Shown in pieces: positions 1 to 9,441 of a stretch of DNA of 64,000 bases. The stretch is taken from assembly GCA_965222115.1 (NCBI GenBank), contig CBDCTJ010000007.1:1088001-1152000 (forward strand), given 5' to 3'. Position 1 is the stretch's first letter. The number at the start of each line of letters is the position of its first letter. The notes under the pieces were generated by a model. That model was not told where the DNA came from and searched no databases. It was given only the letters and a program-made list of their open reading frames with translations. Position numbers and translations under genes: made by a program. The stretch is from Planctomycetota bacterium (GTDB lineage: Bacteria > Planctomycetota > PLA2 > JAEUHO01).

Positions 1-1
1 C

Positions 2-682
2 GACGACGGCGTGTTCTCATCCGCGGGCATGAACATTCTCTGCGAAGACGCCAGCGGCGACTACTACGACTTTATTGAGTTGCCCGATGACCACCTTGGC
101 GTTGCCATCGGTGACGTGTCGGGCCATGGCCTGCACAGTGCTTTGGTTATGGCGCAGGGGCGTTCTTTGCTACGCGCGTTTTGTTCCACAGAGAACGACT
201 TGGCGCTCATTGTGAATCGCGTGAATGACTTCATGGCGCGCGACATGGTGCGAGGGCGATTCATGACGCTCTTTGTGGGTGTCTTTGACACGGCCAAGAG
301 CGAGATGGCGTGGATTAGTGCGGGCCACTTGCCCTCGCTGGTGATGCGCGCCGATGGATCGGTAGAGCGACTTGCCTCGGTAGGACGCGTCCTGGGCATT
401 TTTCCAAAGGCCGGTTACGTCGAGCAACCGCGCGTGGCCTTTGCGCCGGGCGATATGCTTTTTCTCTATACCGACGGCGTGACCGAGGCGTCACCCGATG
501 AAGGTGACGTTGAAAACCCCAATATGTTTGGCGAAGAACGACTGACCGATCTGCTCAAGACACTGTCCGGACAACCGCCCATGGGCATTCTCGAAGGCGT
601 CCGGGATGCACTGCGTGCGTTTACGGGGCGCGATCGCTTGAAAGACGACCTCACCATGATCGTCGTAACGCGCCCGTCGTAG
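2..682 (+). CDS. PP2C/SpoIIE (RsbU-like) Ser/Thr phosphatase, C-terminal part, 5'-truncated by window edge
   Basis: Motifs SGDYYD, GDVSGHG, SAGH, LYTDG, DDLT; frame open to window start. Confidence 0.9.
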   Translation, partial: DDGVFSSAGMNILCEDASGDYYDFIELPDDHLGVAIGDVSGHGLHSALVMAQGRSLLRAFCSTENDLALIVNRVNDFMARDMVRGRFMTLFVGVFDTAKSEMAWISAGHLPSLVMRADGSVERLASVGRVLGIFPKAGYVEQPRVAFAPGDMLFLYTDGVTEASPDEGDVENPNMFGEERLTDLLKTLSGQPPMGILEGVRDALRAFTGRDRLKDDLTMIVVTRPS

Positions 683-691
683 TTTTGGACG

Positions 692-1957
692 TCAATACGA
701 TTGATCGTAGAGGAAGACGTCCACCGGATGGCCGGCGGGGTAACCTTCGGCATCCCGCGGCACCACCACAAACCCATCGGTGGTGGTGGTAGAAGACAGC
801 AATGACGCGCCACGTGCCATGAACGGGTGCACCATGCCTTCGCGAACATGTACGCGGATGTAGTCCACGCGCCCCAACGCCGACGTGAGCTTTCCGGCAA
901 GAGGGCGCGTTTCAATGCGATAGGGCAGATCGGGTGGCTTGCCAGCAAGCCGTCGTACCAATCGTCCAGCCAACACGTCGTATGCCGAAAGGCACGAGAC
1001 CGGATTGCCCGGCAGCAAGAACACCACCCGGTCCCGAATCGTGCCCATGCCGGTGGGGGCAGCGGGGCGCATTTGAATGCCGTGAAATACCAACGTGCCC
1101 AGTTCGCTCAGAATGCGCGGGGCGTGATCTTCCAGGCCCACGCTTGATCCACCCGACACCATCACAATGTCGGCTTCCGTGCGCACCAAACGATCGCGAA
1201 GTAGGTCCGCGCGATCCGGTAGCACACAAAGATCCACCACCTCAGCACCATCGCGGCGCAAGAGTCCTTCGAGCGTCCGACCGTTGCTATCGACAATGAG
1301 GTGCCCTTCGGGCGCGGCCCCGGACGGCAACAGTTCGTCGCCCGTCATAATGAGTTCGACGCGCGGAACGCGCAGCACGCGCGCGTCATAGAAGCCCATG
1401 GAAGACAGTAGGCCCACATCTTGGGGACGCAGACGGCGCCCCGCTTCAAGCACCAGAGCCCCTTGATGGATGTCGTCACCCACGCGACCAACGTTCTTCT
1501 TTGGCGCGACCGGTGCACGCACACGAACGATCGTGGATTCGCCCGCCGCATCTTCGCGGCCGTCTTCGGCACGCAACACCGCGTCGCAATCATCCGGAAC
1601 GGGTGCGCCGGTCATGATGCGAATGGCTTGGCCCTGTTTGACACGTCCTTCAAACGGACGTCCTGGGAATGCAGCACCCACGATGCGCAGGGCAATGTCT
1701 CCCTGTTCGTTGGCGCCAAAGGTATCGTTGCCGTGCAGCGCCCAACCGTCCATGGCGGCACGACGAAATGCCGGTACATCGATGGGGCTTCGAATCGACT
1801 CAGCCAGGACCCGTCCGTACAGCGCACCAAGCGGCACCCGTTCGGCCGACATGGCATTGGGCAACCGGTCGATCCACGTCATGACATCCGCAACATCGGC
1901 GCGGGATTGAAAGCCCCGCATCCGCACGTCGAAGAACTCGGATGCATCGTCACTCAT
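692..1957 (-). CDS. moeA: Molybdopterin molybdotransferase MoeA (gephyrin-like)
   Basis: PAFRRAAMDGWA, IMTGAPVP, TGDEL, SGGSSVG.ED, LPGNPVS motifs; start overlaps upstream stop (ATGA, 1954-1957). Confidence 0.93.
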   Translation of the reverse strand: MSDDASEFFDVRMRGFQSRADVADVMTWIDRLPNAMSAERVPLGALYGRVLAESIRSPIDVPAFRRAAMDGWALHGNDTFGANEQGDIALRIVGAAFPGRPFEGRVKQGQAIRIMTGAPVPDDCDAVLRAEDGREDAAGESTIVRVRAPVAPKKNVGRVGDDIHQGALVLEAGRRLRPQDVGLLSSMGFYDARVLRVPRVELIMTGDELLPSGAAPEGHLIVDSNGRTLEGLLRRDGAEVVDLCVLPDRADLLRDRLVRTEADIVMVSGGSSVGLEDHAPRILSELGTLVFHGIQMRPAAPTGMGTIRDRVVFLLPGNPVSCLSAYDVLAGRLVRRLAGKPPDLPYRIETRPLAGKLTSALGRVDYIRVHVREGMVHPFMARGASLLSSTTTTDGFVVVPRDAEGYPAGHPVDVFLYDQSY

Positions 1958-3585
1958 GCGTCGGCAGGATTCTGTCGACGGGCCTCCACGTCTTCGCGAA
2001 AGTGCTTAAGCACACTGGTGATGGGGTTGAGCACGACATGCCCCAAGCCGCAGATCGAGGTCAGTCGAAGGGCTTCATCCAATTCGGGCAACAGTTCGAA
2101 CTCGCCGCCCTGCCCGTGGCCCGTGCGCACGCGGTCGATCAACGTGACAGCCTTTTCACTGCCCACACGGCACGGGACACACTTGCCGCAGCTCTCGTTG
2201 CGGAAAAAGCGCACCACGTTGGCAGCCACGTCGAGCATGTTGGTGCCCTCCGCGATCACAAGCACGGCACCGCTACCCAACATGCTGCCCGCCTTCTCCA
2301 TGGCTTCAAAGTCGAGCGGTGTATCGGCGAGCGATGCGGGCAAGAACGGCGCGCTGGCACCGCCGGGGCAAAACGCTTTCATGGCCACGCCACCGCGCAT
2401 CCCTCCTCCATGATGATCAACCAAGTCAAGCACGGTCGTACCCATGGGTACGCAATACACGCCCGGCGATTCCACATGACCGCAGAGCGATAAGAACTTC
2501 CAGCCTGGTGCGCCGTTTGTTCCGTGCGCCTTCCACGCTTGCGCACCGTCACTCAAAATGCCAGGTACGAACGAAAACGTCTCAACGTTGTTCATCAACG
2601 TAGGCTTACCGTGAATGCCATGGTTGGTCGGGTAGGGCGGCTTGTTGCGTGGTTCGCCGCGCTTGCCTTCCAACGCTTCGATCAACGCCGTCTCTTCGCC
2701 CAAGATGTAGCCGCCCGGCGACACGAACATTGACAAGTCAACACCGAGTTCGTCGAGTAGTCCGAGGTCGCGTACGCGGTCGATCTCGCGTTGGATTGCC
2801 TTCGCTTCGCGTGTGTACTCGTGGCGAATGTAGACGTAAGCGATGCTTGCGCCGCTCACCAGGCATCCCGTGAGCAATCCTTCGATAACCAAGTGCGGCA
2901 ACTCTTCTAGGATTACGCGATCTTTGAACGTGCCCGGTTCACTTTCGTCGGCATTGACCACGGCGTACTTCGGTTCACCAACGGCCTGTCGAACAAAGCG
3001 CCACTTCATGCCTGTGGGGAACCCTGCGCCACCCATGCCGCGTAGTCCCGCATCCGACAGCACACCCGGTACTGTTTCGCGCGCATCGTTGCGATTGGCG
3101 AGGAGACCACGCAGTACGCCGTAGTGTTCATCGCGCGATGCATACGGATCCGATGCCCAGGATCGCGGTGCATCGGTGGGTTCGTCGGGCGGTAGCGCCT
3201 TCTTCTCCGTTGCCGCTGCGACAACATCGTCTGCGGACCACCCTTCCAGGGGCACATCGTTCACACACGCCGCGGGGGCATGCTCGCAGCGGCCCAAACA
3301 AGAAACCGGCACAAACTCAACGTCATTGTGTTTCGAAACGCCTTGTTCGATGTCGCGCAGGTAGTCGTTGCCCTTCGCAATCATGCAAGCGACGTCGCGA
3401 CAGACCGACACCGTGTGTTTGGGCGGCGGGCTGCGGCGGTAGTGCGGGTAAAAACTTGCGACTTCCTGCAGGCGGTAGAGCGGAATGGTCTGTTCGATGG
3501 AAAAGGCGCGCAAAACGTCATCCGACAACCAGCCGTGCTTGAGCTGCAACTCGTGAAGTTGGTGGAGCAGATTCATGGGGCGCAT
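1954..3585 (-). CDS. NuoE-NuoF fusion (NAD(H)-dependent diaphorase flavoprotein, FdsGB/HoxF-like)
   Basis: N-terminal 2Fe-2S ligands CRDVAC...CLGRC; GLRGMGGAGFPTG, NADESEPGTFKDR, GEETAL; C-terminal ESCGKCVPCR...SICGLG 4Fe-4S motif. Start 3585 or 3576. Confidence 0.9.
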   Translation of the reverse strand: MRPMNLLHQLHELQLKHGWLSDDVLRAFSIEQTIPLYRLQEVASFYPHYRRSPPPKHTVSVCRDVACMIAKGNDYLRDIEQGVSKHNDVEFVPVSCLGRCEHAPAACVNDVPLEGWSADDVVAAATEKKALPPDEPTDAPRSWASDPYASRDEHYGVLRGLLANRNDARETVPGVLSDAGLRGMGGAGFPTGMKWRFVRQAVGEPKYAVVNADESEPGTFKDRVILEELPHLVIEGLLTGCLVSGASIAYVYIRHEYTREAKAIQREIDRVRDLGLLDELGVDLSMFVSPGGYILGEETALIEALEGKRGEPRNKPPYPTNHGIHGKPTLMNNVETFSFVPGILSDGAQAWKAHGTNGAPGWKFLSLCGHVESPGVYCVPMGTTVLDLVDHHGGGMRGGVAMKAFCPGGASAPFLPASLADTPLDFEAMEKAGSMLGSGAVLVIAEGTNMLDVAANVVRFFRNESCGKCVPCRVGSEKAVTLIDRVRTGHGQGGEFELLPELDEALRLTSICGLGHVVLNPITSVLKHFREDVEARRQNPADA

Positions 3586-3635
3586 TCCGTGGGTCGTACG
3601 ACTACGCGCGAGAGCATAGCGCGCGGTCGCACAAC

Positions 3636-4916
3636 CTAACGACGCTTCTTCTTGGTGCGTTTGCGTTCGGTGTCGTCGAGGGCGTCCATTTCTTTCATCC
3701 AGCGCAATATGGTCTCGTGCTTGGCGCCGCCCATCGCCATACGCACGAACAACTCCACCAGATTGTTCGCGCGGCTGAGCGGGACATGGAGCCCGCCGCC
3801 CGCGCGCGCGATCTGCGGGAAGTGATGCACTTCGTTGCTACCGGCCGACACGGTGTGAATCTGAATCGGGACGTCGTAGTCAACCGATGCGCGGGCGCGG
3901 CGAATGATGCGGCCCAGTACGGGCACGTCACTACCGTGGGGCGGCGCATCGCCCATGACGACGATCATGCGCAGCGCACGCCGCGACCAACCGGTCACGG
4001 TCTGCTTGAGGGCCAACGCGATGCCCTTGTCCACGCCCTCTTCCCAGTCGCCACCGCCCGCCGCCGCAACCTTGTTGAAAGCGCGTAAGAGCAGCTTGCC
4101 ATTGGACGTAAGTGTGCAGCGCGCCATGGCGCGGTCGTCGTACGTGACGAGGCCGGCACGAAAGCCTGGGATGTAACGCCGCAGCTTACTGATGACGGAC
4201 TTGGCTTGGCGTTTCGTTGCGCCAATTACACTCGTCATGGAGCCCGTGTGGTCCATAACGATGCACACCTCCAAACCATGACGCCGCATGCGTTCGAGCG
4301 ACTCGTAGAGGTGGTTGTCGGGCGCTGCCGCAACCGACGACACATCCTTCGCGCCGTCCGACTTCTTAGCAGGCGGCGCCAGCGCGGCCGCCAATGTTCT
4401 GTGCTCCTTCAGAAATCGCTTTTTGCCCAACGGCCACCACTCGCGATACGCCGTCGGTTCCGATCCCAGTTTCATGCGCGGCAGTTTTTGGAGCACCGTC
4501 ATGGCGCGCGATGCCACTGTCGGGTGTGCATGCGTAATAAAATGCAGTAACGCTTCAACGAGCACCGGCCCGCCTTCTCCGACAAGTTCGATCCGAGAAC
4601 GGCCCAGCATACTTTTGAGTGCGCAAGCAATGACCTTGGGGTGCTTCTCCGAGCGAAGCATTCGCGTGAGCATGCGAATGGTTCCAACATCACTGCGACT
4701 TCGAAGTTCCAGTGCGGCGATGGAACGAATCGACCAGTCGTCATTTTTCAGCCAAGGCGCTACCGCCTTGACGCGTGGGTGGATGGGGACGGGTGCCATG
4801 GCGGCACCGAGCTCGTCTTCGGAGGGCGTTTTTCCTTGGGCACGATGCGCTGCGGCAATCACGCCGATTCCCACCAAGAAGTACAGCATCAAAGTTTTGG
4901 CGAGAGCGCGTTTCAT
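3636..4916 (-). CDS. Exported HEAT-repeat + vWA domain protein
   Basis: N-terminal hydrophobic signal; helical HEAT-like repeats; MIDAS-like MDHTGSM, GGGDWEE, GDAPPH. Start chosen at MKRALAK. Confidence 0.75.
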   Translation of the reverse strand: MKRALAKTLMLYFLVGIGVIAAAHRAQGKTPSEDELGAAMAPVPIHPRVKAVAPWLKNDDWSIRSIAALELRSRSDVGTIRMLTRMLRSEKHPKVIACALKSMLGRSRIELVGEGGPVLVEALLHFITHAHPTVASRAMTVLQKLPRMKLGSEPTAYREWWPLGKKRFLKEHRTLAAALAPPAKKSDGAKDVSSVAAAPDNHLYESLERMRRHGLEVCIVMDHTGSMTSVIGATKRQAKSVISKLRRYIPGFRAGLVTYDDRAMARCTLTSNGKLLLRAFNKVAAAGGGDWEEGVDKGIALALKQTVTGWSRRALRMIVVMGDAPPHGSDVPVLGRIIRRARASVDYDVPIQIHTVSAGSNEVHHFPQIARAGGGLHVPLSRANNLVELFVRMAMGGAKHETILRWMKEMDALDDTERKRTKKKRR

Positions 4917-5008
4917 AATTGCAGGCATCTTACGCGAATCGAAACGGCGGTCGGGGCGCATAGCTTTTTTGAACGTCTCCCGCGCATGGAAGTGTGACAA
5001 TCTTCGCG

Positions 5009-7231
5009 ATGAAATCGGTGTGCCACGGATTGATCCGCCGTCCTTCGCCTGCGATCCGCCGTTTCGGCTCGTGGTGTTGCGCCCTGCTCATCCTCTTGCT
5101 GTGTGCTCCGTCTTCGATTGCAGAGCCGCCCAGCAAATCCGCGTCTTCACAGGCCAGTGAGCACTGGTACGAGTCATTTCGCCAGGGACAAAAGACGGGA
5201 TCCTTGCACGTGCACTGGCGGGCCTCCACGTGGGAAGGCAAAACCACCGTCCGCGATACGACCGTCGTAACCCGCGCTCAGTACCGCCGCATGATCGGCC
5301 TACGGGACCGCTTTGAATCGCGCGTGGTCATGGACATCGAGCGTGATGCGGACGGGACGCTGTGGTGGCAACGCACGCGCTCGGAAGAGGCCGGGCGCAT
5401 TTTGGTTGAGGAACTGCACTGGACAGGCAAGGGCTACAAACATTCCTCCACGTTGGAAGGGCGCGATCAAGACGTGTTCATTCCCTCCGTTGCCCCCGCC
5501 ATGACCGATGGGGAAGCGTTCTTGGTCGCCAAGGTCCGTGCAAAGACCGTCAAAGCGGGTCAAACCTATCCGTTGCCGTTGGTTGATGTACGTGGGCGAC
5601 GCGTGCGCGTTCACGAGCTCATCGTCGATGGTCAGGAGTCGATTACCAATCCGGGTTCGAAACCCGTGACGTGTTGGAAAGTTCGACAGCGTGATCCATC
5701 GAGCCAAGCCACAACCACGATGTGGATTGATGACAGCGGTTCGTTTGTGCGTATTCGCGATAGCTCGGGCACGTTGATTCAGCGTGCAACCGAAGAACGC
5801 GCGCGGCGTGCGCCCACGCGTTGGGCGGAGTTTGACATAACAGTGGAGGGCGAGCCTTCGCTGCCACGTGTCTTTTCGGCCGACCGCCTGTGGGTCGATA
5901 TGCATCTTGGCCCCGATGAACACCGCGAGCTTCCACGCATTCCGAACTCGCCCTGGACCCGCGTGCTTGCAAAGAAGGGCAATGCGCAGACGGGGTGGAC
6001 GCTCTCATTGGAACTTCGCTCCGACAAACCGCAGTCCGAGGGGTACGACTCCGATGACAAATCCTCGGAAGACATGTCCTCAAAAGATGCGTCCCCAAAA
6101 GACGATGCGCCGAGCGATGACGCGAAGGGCGGTGAATCAAAGAAGCACCTCGCAACGAAAGGTGACGTGCGTCGAATCGTGGAAGATCCGGCAGCGCTTG
6201 AACGCTATCTAGAACCGACGGCGCTTATGCCCACGGAATCGCCCATTCTCAAGCGCGAGGTGGCGCGGGTGCTCAAAGATGTTCAAGATCCCCTGGCAGC
6301 GGCCAAGCGTTTGGTGCGCGTCGTCTACACGTCACTTGATAAACGCAGTCCCCGTGTAGCACAGGCCTCGGCCACGCAGATCCTTCGTGATCGCGAGGGC
6401 GATTGTTCGGAGCACGCACTGTTGTTCGTAGCGTTGTGTCGGACGGCGGGTATTCCCGCCCGGCGGTGTAGTGGTTATGTGTGCATTGGTTCTGTGTGGG
6501 GATCGCATTCGTGGGCCGAGATTTACGTAGGCGGATGGCTGTCGGCGGATCCCACCACAGGTGAACTCGGTGCGGGCGCGCGTTACGTGTTCTTTGGTTA
6601 TCCGGACGAACCTGGCAGTTTCCCCTTTGAGACTGCGCAGCGTATTGAGGGGCGCGTTCGGTTTCGCGCGACGGGCATTCAGGAAGGCGACGCGCTGTAC
6701 GACTTGACAGAATCTTCTCGACGGCATCTGCGCAGTGAAGACAAGCGTTCGGTGATCAACGTGCTGAGTGGTCTGGAAGTACGCGATCTTCCGAAGGGGT
6801 GGTCCGCCACGGCGCACCACGCCCATCGCATGACGATTCGAGGTCCCGGTGTACGAGCCGACTTGTACGCACGGGCCGATCAGGGATCGGATCTCTCCGA
6901 AGTGTCGTTTTACGGATCTCGAAACAAGCGCGGCAGCTTCGCAGGTGCCCCGGCCTATATCTCAAACTCGTCTCACCGCCGCCGCATCCAGGTACACAGC
7001 CGTCGGCGCATGGTGCAGATCGTGATTCGCGAGGGCGATGACGATCACGTAGCAGTGTTGGAGCGCGTGCTAGCTCCCAGTTTCGCGGTGCAGCCCCCGC
7101 CATGGCCGGATGCCGACGTGTCAGGCGCAAACGATGTGACTCATCGACTGAAGCGTTTGCGGGCATCCGGTACCGACGCGCCCCGCAAGGACGATCACGC
7201 CAAATCTCCGGGTACCGGTCGATCGAAATGA
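5009..7231 (+). CDS. Secreted transglutaminase-like (Cys-His-Asp) domain protein
   Basis: Signal-peptide-like N-terminus; GDCSEHA...GIPAR...HSWAEIY...ADPT catalytic motifs. Confidence 0.82.
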   Translation: MKSVCHGLIRRPSPAIRRFGSWCCALLILLLCAPSSIAEPPSKSASSQASEHWYESFRQGQKTGSLHVHWRASTWEGKTTVRDTTVVTRAQYRRMIGLRDRFESRVVMDIERDADGTLWWQRTRSEEAGRILVEELHWTGKGYKHSSTLEGRDQDVFIPSVAPAMTDGEAFLVAKVRAKTVKAGQTYPLPLVDVRGRRVRVHELIVDGQESITNPGSKPVTCWKVRQRDPSSQATTTMWIDDSGSFVRIRDSSGTLIQRATEERARRAPTRWAEFDITVEGEPSLPRVFSADRLWVDMHLGPDEHRELPRIPNSPWTRVLAKKGNAQTGWTLSLELRSDKPQSEGYDSDDKSSEDMSSKDASPKDDAPSDDAKGGESKKHLATKGDVRRIVEDPAALERYLEPTALMPTESPILKREVARVLKDVQDPLAAAKRLVRVVYTSLDKRSPRVAQASATQILRDREGDCSEHALLFVALCRTAGIPARRCSGYVCIGSVWGSHSWAEIYVGGWLSADPTTGELGAGARYVFFGYPDEPGSFPFETAQRIEGRVRFRATGIQEGDALYDLTESSRRHLRSEDKRSVINVLSGLEVRDLPKGWSATAHHAHRMTIRGPGVRADLYARADQGSDLSEVSFYGSRNKRGSFAGAPAYISNSSHRRRIQVHSRRRMVQIVIREGDDDHVAVLERVLAPSFAVQPPPWPDADVSGANDVTHRLKRLRASGTDAPRKDDHAKSPGTGRSK

Positions 7232-7306
7232 GCTCAAGCTGTTTGGGGTAGGTGATGTCCCCCCCGTCCGCGACGATTCACGGTGTCGAACGACGACGGA
7301 GGCGGC

Positions 7307-8281
7307 ATGCACAACCTTGGCGATTTGCTGGGCGAAATTCGGCTCCCCAAGCTCCGTTCCGGGGCCGCGATGCTTCCGCGGCAATCGGCTTCGAACGACG
7401 CCGCGTGGTCCTTTGATGCACCACTTGATCTGACGCTGCTTCACGACTTGGGTGCCGATCTTCCCGCCGGCCATCTTCATCTGTGGGGTGGTCCCAATGG
7501 AGCGGGCAAAGTGTCCGTGTTGCTGTCGCTGCTTTGCGGGGCCGCGGCGCGAGGACGTCGCATTCTCTACGCTACCTATGATTTGCCCGCCGACGCACTT
7601 GCTCGTCGCGTCTTGGCGATGCACGCCGGCGTATCCCTCGCTGACATTCCTGAGGCCGATGACGTTTCTGAAGCTGGTGGCGTTTCTAAAGCCGGCGGCA
7701 ATGACATTGGCGTGAGCCGCGCGTCACCCAACTACGAGGCCACACTGCTTCGATTGCATCGCGCCCGCAAGGGACTTGCGCCGTTACCGCTCACCATTCT
7801 TGAGGCGCGTGGCTTGGGTGTGGGGTCGCTTAAGGACCGCATCGTGCGTATGCCGTTCCGCCCGGAGATTGTTGCCATCGACTACTTGCAGGGCGTGACT
7901 CGCGCGCCGGGCATCGACTTGGCGGCGGCAGTGCGTGAACTCACGGATGTGGCTTCACACCTTCATCTTTCGCTGGTGTGCACGGTAAAGCCCGACGGAT
8001 CATCAACGGGAACCAGGGCTTCGAGCGGCGCGTCGTTGGGATCGGCCAGCGCCACGTTTGCGGGTCCCGGTGACTTGGCAACCTGGGCCCATGCCCTGCG
8101 CGGCGCGCCGGATCGCGTGGCGTGGCTCGCGCCCGACGTCGGTACCGGCCAAATCGATGACGCCGCGGCACGGGATGGTCTTCGGCGCGCAGTGATTCTT
8201 CACAACCGCCACGGCGATACGGGTGGTTATGCGTTGCGCGTGGAGTCCGATTCGGGCGCGATTCGTCGTCCCGACGCCTAG
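7307..8281 (+). CDS. Degenerate DnaB-like helicase C-terminal (RecA-fold) domain protein
   Basis: GPNGAGKV (Walker A variant), IVAIDYLQ (DnaB-type Walker B), ILHNRHGDTG (cf. KNRNGPTG); GGAGG SD before ATG 7307. Confidence 0.7.
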   Translation: MHNLGDLLGEIRLPKLRSGAAMLPRQSASNDAAWSFDAPLDLTLLHDLGADLPAGHLHLWGGPNGAGKVSVLLSLLCGAAARGRRILYATYDLPADALARRVLAMHAGVSLADIPEADDVSEAGGVSKAGGNDIGVSRASPNYEATLLRLHRARKGLAPLPLTILEARGLGVGSLKDRIVRMPFRPEIVAIDYLQGVTRAPGIDLAAAVRELTDVASHLHLSLVCTVKPDGSSTGTRASSGASLGSASATFAGPGDLATWAHALRGAPDRVAWLAPDVGTGQIDDAAARDGLRRAVILHNRHGDTGGYALRVESDSGAIRRPDA

Positions 8282-8453
8282 GCTCTGTTTGAAAACTCCT
8301 CTACTACGTGATCCGATTCTCTCGCTGCGAGGCGCGTCCCTTCGAAATTGTCATCCTCGGCGTGAACAGACCACGCCTGCGGGCCAATTTCTTGGTCCAT
8401 CGCCTCTCGCGTCGGCTTCGAATCACTCGCTACGAGCCTTTTCAAACAGAACC
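8281..8453. mobile_element. MITE-like non-autonomous element with terminal inverted repeats, flanked by TA/CTAG
   Basis: Left TAGGCTCTGTTTGAAAA (8279-8295) and right TTTTCAAACAGAACCTA (8439-8455) form a 16/17 inverted match; CTAG at both ends; internal hairpin GGCGTG-N7-CACGCC; no credible coding capacity. Confidence 0.7.
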
Positions 8454-8935
8454 TAGCCCGTTTCGGCGTCGTGGGGCGTGGCACTTCCTGCTGCGGTGGC
8501 CAGCGCGAGCCGAACCCGCACGCGGCGCATGCTGGCGGGTTCGATGTGGCAGGTCACGAGCCGTTCGCCCGCAATGGAGGGAATCGCAGTGAAGTCCTCC
8601 AGCGTTCCACCAACCGAGAACACAAACCACGTGGTGGTGGTGGGGGTTTGATCGTGGAGATCGATGAGGTCGGCGTGCACACGCTGCGCGAGGCGATGTA
8701 TCAACAATACGTCGTTGGGCACCGGCAACCGTTCCGGCGAAACGGATTGCAGTTGTTCGGCTTCTAACCAAAATGTTCGGTCCAAGCTGGCGAAGTACAC
8801 GCGAATGACGTTGCGTCGATCTTCAAAGGCAAGTCCCACTTCGGCTGGGAGTCCGTGCTGCTTACGCACATCGGCGTAAGGGAGAATGACTAGGTCGCCC
8901 ACACCAACCGTCGATGGCTTTGGAGTGTTCGTCAC
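8453..8935 (-). CDS. Hypothetical protein (160 aa, possible SH3/KOW-like N-terminus)
   Basis: Fills the gap, protein-like composition, VGDLV N-terminal pattern; no family recognised. Confidence 0.65.
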   Translation of the reverse strand: MTNTPKPSTVGVGDLVILPYADVRKQHGLPAEVGLAFEDRRNVIRVYFASLDRTFWLEAEQLQSVSPERLPVPNDVLLIHRLAQRVHADLIDLHDQTPTTTTWFVFSVGGTLEDFTAIPSIAGERLVTCHIEPASMRRVRVRLALATAAGSATPHDAETG

Positions 8936-9409
8936 TGAATCTCCACAAATCGACCGAAATCACCGGTTCGCGAGTCGATAGGATGCGCTGGTTGCTAACG
9001 ATCAGATCGTGCCACGTTGCTTTGCACGGTCTTTACAAAGCTTCGTTTGTTCATGCGCCCTACCATCGTAGGATTGTTCACGCGTGCAACGTACGAACGT
9101 AGCTTCAATCGTAATGCGCTGCTTGCGCGTTCGATTCGCGCATCCGATTCTTCCGCAAGACCATTGCGTATGTGGTTGCGAAGTTTGCGCGTTCGATCGC
9201 AGTACGTGCTGTGCCCATTAGCAGTGCGCAACACGTCGCGCGGCGTACGTTTTACGCGGCGTACATTGCGCGCTAAGGTGCCTAAGCCACTCCAAAGAGT
9301 TCATTCGAGCCCGCACCCTTCCCATCCGAGCCACAACCTACGAATGCGCGAAAATGGACCGCTCCGGCCGATCGAATTACCGTCGTACTACCGAACGTGA
9401 CGGATCGAT

Positions 9410-9441
9410 TACGTAAATATACGAACAACATACGAAAAATA
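9410..9441 (+). promoter_or_regulatory. AT-rich phased direct repeats upstream of porin (candidate regulator boxes)
   Basis: TACGTAAATA / TACGAACAACA / TACGAAAAATA starting at 9410, 9420, 9431. Confidence 0.35.

Noticed and set aside
1421-2413. 330-aa ORF and the many similar Arg/Ser/Pro-rich overlapping ORFs across the window
   Set aside because: Alternate-frame or antisense shadows of clear genes, expected at high GC
7283-8935. Prophage or plasmid remnant suggested by the DnaB-like gene
   Set aside because: No integrase, structural or other replication genes; composition matches the host
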